The notes beneath the pieces were generated by a model. It was not told the DNA's origin, ran no database searches, and saw nothing but the letters and a program-made list of their open reading frames with translations. The position numbers were made by a program, and so were the translations under genes. Source: Tricharina praecox (lineage: Eukaryota). Taken from it: DNA of 30,673 nt. Shown here piece after piece: positions 10,381 to 19,763 of this stretch; position 1 is the first letter of the stretch, and each line of letters opens with the position of its first letter. The stretch is from NCBI RefSeq assembly GCF_024521635.1, contig NW_026250431.1:496001-526673 (forward strand), written 5' to 3'.

Positions 10381-13300
10381 GGGAATATCCGTGTCCATAG
10401 TTTGCATGCAAGAGCCAGTGGGCTGGCTCTGATGGTTGGTTCGCTTTCTCTTTCGTTTATTATTTTCATGTCTGTTATGAGGCGTATTCTTGCGGGTGAG
10501 AAGGAAGGAAGCTGTCTCTTCAGTTGAAGAGCGCGTTTACCCCGCTTTTCGCCGCCTCGACAACCCGCATCAATCACACAGTGCAAAACCACGCTGAAAA
10601 ATGTTGGTGTTTTGTACTCTACTTACATAAAGTGCACTTCTGCTCTCTGCTTCCTGGAAAGCAAAGCATGTGGGCCTCAACTACATATGCGCTTTTAATT
10701 GTCACACCCGGTCAGCAGGTATAGTGCCCAGCAGGCTTGAGACTGCGGATCCGTGGAGCGAAATGGCTACATATGTACTCGAGAGTAAGTAACTTTCTTG
10801 CCGGCCGAGAAACAAAGAACACACTGTTTTTTGGTGGGTGTGTGGGAAGACATTCTCAGTGGTTGCACTGGTTGGACGCCCGCATATGCACGACTGTCGC
10901 ACCGTCATATGCTTTTGCCACTCCGTATTCTACCTACCCACTGAGGTGTTTGCCATGGCCAAGACGGACGTTATGCACAGAGAAAAATATATGGGTGTGC
11001 CATGAGCGACGGTGGTCGTGTGCAATCCGCCAAAGACGAAAAATAAACTAAGACTGAATGCAACCCCAAGCTGTCAATCGTACACCGGCAGTGAAACCTT
11101 CTCCACAGATAAGGTGATCGGCGACCACCAGTAAGCGAAATACCTCATGCAATAATCGGGCATGTGTGTTTGTGTGTCTATATATGCGGGAGATGGTGTC
11201 GGAGTGATGGTTGCCGTCGTAGTTTGGACCATGTTTGAATCGGCATAGAGTAGTACAGTACTTTCCCACAGGCGGCGCACGGTGGGGATTGCTTTTTCGG
11301 TTGCATCAAGCTCGTTTCCAGCTCACGGCGGGGGGAGCTTCACGGTGGTACTGTTTATCATGCCGTGTAATAGTGCATACATTATTGGAAAATTGGTGTG
11401 CCGTAACCACTGTGTCCATCAAATGCCATCCTTTGTGGTGCAATCGAAACAACCAGGCCCCCGACAACCAAAATTGTCTCCCGGGAATGCTACCGCATCC
11501 AGAGACCAATTGCTTTACATACTTCCTGCCCCGTCCTCCACGGTGGAACCAAACGATCCAAATCCCCAATATTCAATTGATTCTCTCGCATGAAGAGTAC
11601 CGGATCCCCAGGCAAACCGGTAGAAGCTAATCTTTTAGCAGCAATATCGACCTAATAGCCCCGCGTCGGTGACGGTACATACCCTTTGGTGCTCGAGCCG
11701 TGTGGAATTGCGAGATATACCCGTTGGTGAACGAGCACTTTTGACATTGGTGACTAGGCGCAGAGGAAGACATCATTTACACGGCTATGGCAGTTGACTA
11801 GCTGGCTCTCTTACTCTGCCAGGCTGGAAAAGCTCCACCTATAAACAGAAACTTCCACCGGTTCAGAGAAATTTTCGTGGCAGAAGCCTTTCCGCGAGCA
11901 CTGTTCTTCTCCGTGGCATCACGTGGCTCTACTCGTCAAGTCACTCGCTTGGTCACGTTACTGACAATGTCACGTTACTCTAAGCATCATGTCTCCTCTT
12001 CCAGATAACATGACGTGACGCAATCGCATACTCCCCGGCGTCTCATCACTCGTGCCAGTACCCCAAAACGACGCGTACCAACATCCGAAAACAATCTTGC
12101 CGGACTTCGAAGATACTTGACTACGCGGCTATGAAGTACGTGCCCGACCAGTGCTGCGAGCCGGAGGCAGTGGCCGGGGGATATTCGAAAGGACGCAAAG
12201 ACAGAGGTCATTTGGAAGGAGGCAGAGGCCGAGAATACTTGGAAGAAACATGCCCGAATATCCGGATGCCGTGCGTATTACCCAGTCATCGTTTTTTTCC
12301 CTCGCGCCCGTGTGTGCCGGAAGAAATGGATGTTGTGTGCGAAGGTATTAGCTCGACGACCTCGCCGTCACCACAGCCAACGTTCCACTTCATCTTCCTA
12401 CGACTCCAAACATCGGCCGTACGCGTACTCACGGTGGAGTCGTCGAGCTCCTACTGCTCACCAACGAGCTCGATGGGAACCCGGCGAACTCGCCGCGGTG
12501 CTGCGGCGCAGGGGCTGTACGGTTACGTCGCATGCGGAATTTTGATTACACGGAATTGGCACCCACCACACAACTGACGGAATATCGAGGAGACGTCCGG
12601 AGTATTTAGAGGAGATGAGATTTAAGGCGATGCTGTTAGAGGAGAAAAATCTCGTTGGATGGTGGGGGATGTCGCCAGAGGTGGAGCAAATTAGCTGGAA
12701 GTCTGCGAGTGTGAATTCCTGCTTCCGTTTGTGTGTCGCTTTTACGCTAGTGGAGGTGGGGGATCGACGAGCAGTGTTCGACACAGTCAGGTCCGGAGTC
12801 TCAAGATTTGCGCCAGTTCGATCCCTTGGACGGACTGGGTAAAAGTAGTCCGTGGATTCCATGGATTTCGTGGACTGACTGCGGACTGCAGTCCGGTTTA
12901 CACTTAGTTTCACTTATGACTGCAGAGAAAAGAGCAAAGGTATGGAATGCCCGCGGTGGAGCTTACTGGGGATTTGCTTGCATTTCATAACTGTCCAATG
13001 GACAATTGGTCTCTATTCGCGCGTTGTGAAGAGCGCAGACTAGATGAGTGAAATTTGCGCTTGAGTCATAGAATTTACTGACTCGCTATAGTATATGCGC
13101 ACACCGACTGACTTGTCATCAAGCTGGATGAGACAGATTTGCAGCCATAGAGTCCTAAACGTGTAGGTACTTAAATAATATCATCTAGTACTGTGCTGGA
13201 CTCTGTGTATGCCCAGAGCCTGCAGTCGAAGCCTGAAGATACTCAATTATCAAATTTGACGGAACACATTTACAAATCACTAGAGCTCTACAAAACAAAA

Positions 13301-13477
13301 GAAGACACAATTTAACGAAAGCCGCAGCCAAAAAAATCGTTCCATTCTAAAATTTCGAGGAGAGCACCATAGTATCGCCTCCGTCCTCACTTTCGCCACC
13401 GCCACCGCCTCCTCGTCCTCGTCATTGTCCTAGCTCTTGCTCTTGTTCTCATTCTCGTTCTTGGTCTCGTCGTCTCC

Positions 13478-14759
13478 CTAGTTTTCGTTCTCGTACGCGT
13501 CCTCGTTCTCGTCCTCCCCTTCGTCATCCCCCTCCCCCACACCCGGCCGGATTCTCCACGCGCCAACAACCCCCGCTACCAGAACGACCAGCAGTGCAGT
13601 ACCCCAGAAGCGGGTCTGTGGCGGCAGCTGGCTCGCCCAGGCATCAGCGCCGCCGGGGGGTGGCGAGGTTTTGACAAGAACCATTTCTGATGCCTGCTCT
13701 GCTGGTAGCCTGAGCGGCCGGACCACCGTCCCTGGCCGGAGAAACTCGCTCTTGTTGCTGACGGGCCATGACACTGCTGGGAAACTGTGTGTCGCTGCGT
13801 CGAGCTTAGCCGACGACCACCTCTATGCGTCCTGTCCCCACTCTCCAAACGCCATCGTAGGGCTCGGCGATGGACGTGGGCACACCAACGGGCACAGAGC
13901 TTGACGGGCAGTGGTCGTCGCTGGAAGAGACGGGACAATCCCGAACAGGAGCACCGCCGCCACCAGGAGCGCTGGCCATACGAGCAGCTTCCAACGCAGG
14001 TGCAGACAGCTTCTCGCGGTCAACCTCGTGATTGTCCCAGCTGCTTCCTGGTATGGAGCTGGCTCGCTGGCCAGGTCCACCACAACCTCCGTCTCCTGCT
14101 GCACCGGCGCAGCCGACGACATCTCAGCTCCCATTCCACCGCCGACGACGGCCTCGCGGCTATCATCGTGGGGATCTTGGGATCCAGTGCCCGCATCCAG
14201 AGCGTCACCAATCAGTGTGACGTGCACGCCAACCGAGATTAGCTCCGACACGTCACCCTCGGATGTCGTCGGGCCGGCATCAGCAGGTTCCACCAAGGAA
14301 GTTGCGGAAGCTTCGGCTTCTTCGGCGGTGGCGATGTTCTCGGCGGCGGCAGCACGCGCAGCTGCCCTCGCGGCTTCGCGTCGACTGGATCACTTGTCAG
14401 TGGACGTCCCATGATCAGGTGTTGCGGAAGACACTTACATGCGTCCCGGGCGCTCGTGATTCCGAGTGCTCGGCGACTACTGGGGACTCGCCGCGTCTGT
14501 GCTGCCGTTTTCGACAGCTACCTGTGCGGTGGCGAGCTGTCCCACCAGCTGTACGCAACGAGCTTGAAGGTCGGCGGACTCCTTACGGGGCGAGTCGCAG
14601 TGGGAGCACCCTGGGGGAGCCTGGACCTCCCGCAGGAGCCGCTGGTACTCTTTGTATTGACGCCTGTGGTTTATCTTTATCAGTAACTATTTACAACGAT
14701 GATATGGGTAGTAGAGAGACTTACCATGTGAGGCGGGGAGGTTGGGTGTTTGGTGGCAT
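13478..14759 (-). pseudogene. Three-exon gene model (388 codons) for a coiled-coil, two-TM, acidic-tail protein with two internal TAGs
   Basis: Exons 14759-14725, 14663-14439 and 14384-13478. Introns are GTAAGT..ACTGAT..ACAG (61 nt) and GTAAGT..ACTGAC..CCAG (54 nt). Spliced frame: MPPNTQPPRLTWRQYKEYQRLLREVQ...CSHC...; hydrophobic segments LLVWPALLVAAVLLFGIV and FWGTALLVVLVAGVVGAW. TAGs at 14477-14479 and 13823-13825. Confidence 0.7.
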
Positions 14760-14974
14760 GGTGAGTGGGGAGTTGGTGACGGTAGTGGATTGGTGGTTGG
14801 AAGGATGTAGGTTACAAATGGCTGAGAGATTTGTTTCTGAGCGAGTTGTATATTGCAGGTGGTTGTATGTAGAAGAGAGGGACTCAAGGTGGGAATGCCC
14901 ACGAATGTATACTGGAAAACGGTGTGGAATTGAAGCATCTAAGGCTGGTAGGAGCCTTTGTATCGCCTTCACTG

Positions 14975-15460
14975 TGGCAAGGCTCAATCGCAACTCCAAG
15001 CCTGAGGAGGACGTTCACGTGCACGTACGTCGCCGAAATAGGAAGTAGCATACATTTTCGCCGGTACCAGTTGAGATAATCAATGAGGCCACTGTCGTGA
15101 GGATAACAGCTTTATCCTCACGAATGGAGTAGTCAACGTTCACATCTACCCTATGGTCGAGATCAATATCTTGACCTTCGGTGGTGGCTTCTCCGCGCGA
15201 GAGCAAGGTGGCACATACGTTCAGAAAGACGACGATCCGATTCAGCCCGGCAACTACTACATATCAGAGTTGGAAATCCACAGTGTAGGTATATGAAGAA
15301 GGTAGCAATGCTGTCTGACGGTATATCAGCGAGCCTCGTCTTCGGCCGGCCGAGTATTTGGCATATCAAGAATCAAGGGTCTACTGGAGTTACGATGATG
15401 TATGGGAGCGAGAGAACCTGTATATAGAGGACCTCTGGTCCGGAGAGACTGTAGAATAAG
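14975..15460 (+). pseudogene. Relic of a fungal HNH-endonuclease-family gene (N-terminal domain only)
   Basis: 15111-15293 reads FILTNGVVNVHIYPMVEINILTFGGGFSAREQGGTYVQKDDDPIQPGNYYISE. This matches the L.LTNGVTN..FY.MVEI....D..PLQPGNYYI N-terminal motif I recall from fungal HNH_2 proteins. An intron-like GTAGGT..CTGAC..CAG follows; no HNH core is recognisable. Confidence 0.6.
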
Positions 15461-15854
15461 AAAAAATTATCAGCCAAAATATCCTCTCCTATTTGACAAC
15501 GCATACCGGTAGTCACTACCGGTTGGTTCCCTACCCGTCTACATGAGCGGCTGCTGAGTATGTAGATTTCATCGCTGTCGATGACGACGACAGGTTCGAC
15601 CGTCGATGTTCGCCATCTACCAACCCCTCGGTCGAAGCGTTTCGTGATGCTATTCGTCAGCGGGACTGTCGAAGCATCATCAATTCTCACGGGGTCCGGG
15701 GAGCAGGATCGTCCGCTCTCGATTCTCCTAGGTGGGGGTCGAGGCTGCGCACATCTTTAGGCTCTCCCTGGAATAATACTAGAGGAGGGACAACTACGCT
15801 CGGTGCTGGCATTTTAGACAGGCGGTGATCGCGAATATAAGGGGTGATGGCGAA

Positions 15855-15970
15855 CCTTGCGGCCAGCGTGGGGATCCTGGGATCCAGTGCTCCCATCCAC
15901 AGCGTCGACGATCAGTGTAACCTGCACAGCGATCGAGATCCTCTCCGTTGGGTCACCATCGGATGCCGTG
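15855..15970 (-). repeat. Paralogous exon fragment of the 13478-14759 gene
   Basis: Direct repeat of about 14153-14270. Minus frame TASDGDPTERISIAVQVTLIVDAVDGSTGSQDPH versus TTSEGDVSELISVGVHVTLIGDALDAGTGSQDPH. Confidence 0.8.
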
Positions 15971-16141
15971 CTATGGAGCTAGGTCATGGCGGTATTGATA
16001 GTAAAAAAGTTTTGGTGTCACAGACTAATAATTTTTATGGTCACGAGTGAGATGTTGAGATGTTTAACAGCCTTGCTTTATTGTGCCCCCAGTATTTCAC
16101 CCCATACATTTATGTACTGGTAATTGTAACCAGCCGATACC

Positions 16142-16766
16142 TTAATTACGATCACGCCTCATAACAAAGCCCCTATGCTTCGGCTTCATCTGGGAAAGAA
16201 GCAACTTATCCTCTCTGCCGAGCAGCATAGCCTTGCGAGAAGCCGGAGTAACTTTCGAAGCTCCAGAAGCTCCACGAGCAGAAGCCGAAGCCGAAGCTTT
16301 AGAAGCAGAAGCCGAAGTTGAAGCTCCACGAGCAGAAGCCGAAGTCGAAGCTCCAGGCGCAGGAGCACCGATGTTTCCTGCATGATAGAGGTTGACGCGT
16401 TCCTCGCAGGCCTTCTTCATAGCCACTCTCTTCTTCTCCCTCAACATCAGCTCGCGCCTTATACTCTCGGCTTCCTTGGCGCATCTGATCTTCTCATTCA
16501 TGAGGAACGCCTGCTTCTTGTTGGTAGTCTCGTCGCTTGTGGCTTTGCGCTGAGCGAGGAACTCAGCGGCCTTGTCGTCAGTGGTCTTGGCGATAGCGTA
16601 CGCGGCGGCGTCCTTGCGGAGCTTCTGGATGACGGTGGGGCCTGGAGTAGAGGGCAGGGGACGAAGTTAGTTGGGCGGTCGAAGGGTCTGGCAAATATTA
16701 GAACTAACTATTAGGCGTCATCTTGCGGAGCCTGCGGAAGGCGGTGCTCTTGAATCTGTGAGACAT
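16142..16766 (-). CDS. Two-exon, 185-aa basic K/R/A-rich hypothetical protein with coiled-coil-like core and Ala/Ser repeats
   Basis: Exon 1 16766-16709; intron 16708-16642 (GTTAGT..ACTAAC..CCAG); exon 2 16641-16142. Spliced frame is stop-free: MSHRFKSTAFRRLRKMTPNSPTVIQKLRKDAAAYAIAK...RRDRN*. Confidence 0.8.
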
Positions 16767-17548
16767 GTTCTTTGTCTTGACGAATTGTTTGTGTGGTGTT
16801 TTGGGGAGTGGAGATGGATGAATTAGGAGTTGTTGTTGCGAAGAAGGTGCAGATGATGTGTCATGGTGAGGAAGGAAGAAGGAGAGAAGGAAGAATGAAA
16901 GGGGATGGAGTTGGCACGAACCCACAGACATCGTCGCACTTGCCGTTGGTGATGAAAAACGAGGGTGAATGAGGGGTAAAAGCCGTGATTCACGAATTCC
17001 GCAAACACTAGCCTCACGAAAACAGAGTAGCTAGTTCACGACGGCAACGCACGTTCTCACATGACACACCAATTCAAATTCGCATCCACCGAATGGTCCA
17101 AAGTCGATGAATGTCTACAGATATCGGAACCAGCAAATCAATCTTGATTCTGTCCGGAAGAGCCATCACGTAGATCGTCATGAATTCTCGCTCGTGATCT
17201 ATCGACTGCTTTCCGGTAAACCTCGCCTTTATAGAGCAGCGCCTGATGGTGTGGATACGAGACGCAGATGGGGGAGCATTTGTATAAGAGCTGCTGGAAG
17301 AAAGAATAGCAAGATGTGTGGACGAGTGTCCGTAAAGCCACGCGCCGGGGCACGGAAAGATTGAAGACCAAAGATCTCCTCGCGAACCAAGACTGTGGTA
17401 CGACTGTCTTCGGTTTCCTCGCCAGCGCGGACGGGGGTCGGAGGAAACTCCTCCTCGGACTTCGGGCCGGCAGCAGCAGTGATTGATCAGCGAGTGATGC
17501 GCAGTGAAGTGGAGTGATTTACCAACACTCTGTGACTGATGTGGCATG

Positions 17549-17722
17549 ACCGCATTCGAATGCGCCAAGAATGAGCCAGACGATAGTCATGACCAAGAAG
17601 CGTACTGTAAATAGGAAACAAACGGGGTGGGAAATGATTTGAAAGGCGACTGATCGTAGATGATTGTCTCCGCTGCGACCGCGCTCGAATGCGCCAGGAT
17701 AGAGCCAGACGACAGTCTTAAT
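17549..17722 (+). repeat. Two ~45-bp direct repeats
   Basis: GACCGCATTCGAATGCGCCAAGAATGAGCCAGACGATAGTC (~17549) versus GACCGCGCTCGAATGCGCCAGGATAGAGCCAGACGACAGTC (~17677). Confidence 0.8.
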
Positions 17723-17732
17723 GGAGCTGAGT

Positions 17733-17997
17733 GCCGTCACCTGGGAGAGAGAGAGAGAGAGAGATGTTCAGTTTATTTCGCATGCAGCAAATCATTCGTA
17801 AGATCCGTAACCTGTTCTTTTTTTTTGTTCTTTCATTGATTACATGTGACCTATCTAGATTATGGCAATATTAAATCCACAACCTGTAGAGAGAGAGATC
17901 TTCCTGTTTTATTTCCCATGCAGCATATCTGGACTATGGCAAGCCGTCGAACTCATTTCCTGCCCACTGTTACCGGCGGGGGGAATCCGCAACCTAT
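17733..17997 (-). mobile_element. Stack of three retroposon 3' tails separated by a repeated 13-bp target motif
   Basis: Separators ATCCGTAACCTGT (17803-17815), ATCCACAACCTGT (17875-17887), ATCCGCAACCTAT (17985-17997) and a weak GCCGTCACCTGG (17733-17744). Inserts carry CATGC, CTAGATTATGGCAATA or CTGGACTATGGCAA motifs with T-rich or (GA)n ends. Confidence 0.65.
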
Positions 17998-18404
17998 ATT
18001 GATGTAGCGAGGGATGAGAAAATGATGAACGAGTGATCGTACAAGATATGTGAGTCACGCCGCCTGATCAAGCTACAGTGGAGCCTCCACTTTCGGCCTT
18101 TCCCACATCAATCACGGTCAAATCACGAAATCACAGCGGCGCATTCGTTCTCTTACCTGCTTCTGAGGAGCGAGTCATACACCCTGATTCATCCAGGAGT
18201 GAGCCATAAACCAAGATAAGACAGGAATGGACTCAATCGAATTTCCCGCACCGGTCACTCCCACCACTACCACCGCTAAATCACTAAATTATATCTGTGA
18301 ATTCTGGCCACCTTCCTGCTCTGGCCCTGGGTGGGCAATCCCCTGAGGTGGGGGATCAGGGTGAGGATTCAGGTGTGCGATCCTTGTTTTTTGTTTACTA
18401 TGCT

Positions 18405-18483
18405 GCTTTTGCATGGGCTGGGCGAAGTAGGGCACCACTGAGGTTTTGATAAGGCACCGCTGGTTTGAATCCCAGTGTGAGCT
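18405..18483 (+). pseudogene. Possible decayed tRNA or tRNA-derived SINE head
   Basis: B-box-like GGTTTGAATCCC inside a CTGG/CCAG stem. Acceptor-like pairing GCTT(TT)GCA/TGTGAGC. A T-run lies ~15 nt downstream. The anticodon arm does not fold. Confidence 0.3.
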
Positions 18484-18599
18484 GTACATACTATTATCCT
18501 TTTTTTTCTGCTCCCGAGTAGGTACCGAGTGACATTCTGGGTTTCTAAGTACTCATCCACAACACTCAACCTCTCAATATTCGACACCCCGTGGCCTAC

Positions 18600-18786
18600 G
18601 CCGAGGACCGAACTTCGAAGCGTGGAGCGCCTACGCAGCCGCTCCCAGGAAGACGCCTACAAAACGGGTCACTTCCTCACGAGGCAGCACACCCCCGGCG
18701 CAAGAACCGCCCACCGATACGCTGCCGGTGGTGCCAGTACCGACTCTGACTCTAGTCCAGAGCAGCTCATCAATGACTGCACCCCC
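18600..18786 (+). mobile_element. Degenerate LINE ORF2 zinc-knuckle fragment
   Basis: Across frameshifts: ELRSVERLRSRSQEDAYKTGHFLTRQH / KNRPPIRCRWCQYR / SPEQLINDCTP. Resembles QLKTGH.LT..Y....K.RP...CWWC.Y..QTREHLF..C of Tad1-like ORF2. Confidence 0.6.
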
Positions 18787-19326
18787 TCACCTCCTCACCC
18801 TTAGAGGCACTACTGGTGTAGATGGAGCGAGCATGTTAGTGACATGTCCAGTAGCGGTTCTCAGATGTATCGAGTGGGCGCGATGTAATGGGAGGGTGGG
18901 TGACTCCATCTCCGGCACAGTGGCGAAGCTGCATGTTTGTACTACCAGCCCAATCGAACCAATGCTCCAATCTTTAAGCAAGACCAATAGACTTGTCAAT
19001 GATTAGAAATATCAGGCGAACGAGTAGATCTGTTTGGACCAGAGCACCCGTAACCATCTCAGGTCTCGAGGCGTTCGTTTCGCAGATCTAACTCTCTCGA
19101 CAGGACGATCGCAACCTGGAGAAGACGATAGTAATCCAATAAGCCCATTCTCCACGAGAAACTGCACGAGAATGATAGCTGAGGAATTGCTGGTGGCTGA
19201 ACCGCTCGCCATATTGTCTCCTTGCGTCGCGTACATCGTTTATGGAAGGTCTTGATATTATTCTTTTCTTTCCGCCACGATTTAAACGCGGAGATTCCCG
19301 CCGCTTAGCCGGTGCTTTCAGTCAGG

Positions 19327-19443
19327 AACAATCGTAAGGGAGCCACCACCACGAAGGAAACTCGCCAGACCGTAAAAATGGCTTCATCCATCAGGAAGGC
19401 TGGGTATGAAGAATATTCCCGATGAATGAGAGATTTGTATAAA
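19327..19443 (+). promoter_or_regulatory. Putative promoter of the pheromone-like gene
   Basis: TATAAA at 19438-19443, about 120 bp before the ATG, followed by a C/A-rich leader. HMG-box-type AACAAT at 19327-19332 is short and could be chance. Confidence 0.5.
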
Positions 19444-19562
19444 GCACGAGTTCATCTTCGCAATTTTTTTCCAGATCCTCATCCAGCCAGCAATCCTCTC
19501 TCCAGATCACCAATCAACACACAAACAACATCTTCGTCGCTATCCATCCAACCGCAGCCACT

Positions 19563-19763
19563 ATGCAGCCAAACGCCAATATCATCTTCGCCGCTGCGAC
19601 CGAGGAGGACACTACCCCGGTGAACTACGGCGATGGCTGTTAGTTACACTCCCTCCTTCCTCCCTCCCTCCTTCCCCCCTTCCTTCCTTCCTTTCGCGGT
19701 CACGGATAACGGTATGGATGTAATTGACGACGGTGACTAGACCAGATGTGTGTTATCTGCTAG
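19563..19763 (+). CDS. Candidate a-factor/M-factor-type lipopeptide pheromone precursor (32 aa, CaaX = CVIC)
   Basis: Exon 1 19563-19638; intron 19639-19740 (GTTAGT..ATTGAC..ACTAG); exon 2 19741-19763. Product MQPNANIIFAAATEEDTTPVNYGDGYQMCVIC*. It has an MQP start like S. cerevisiae MFA1/2, an Asn-Tyr processing site, and an MCVI ending like S. pombe M-factor. Confidence 0.8.

Noticed and set aside
12131..12842. Overlapping coding-like ORFs
   Set aside because: Possibly a frameshifted relic, but no family could be recognised.
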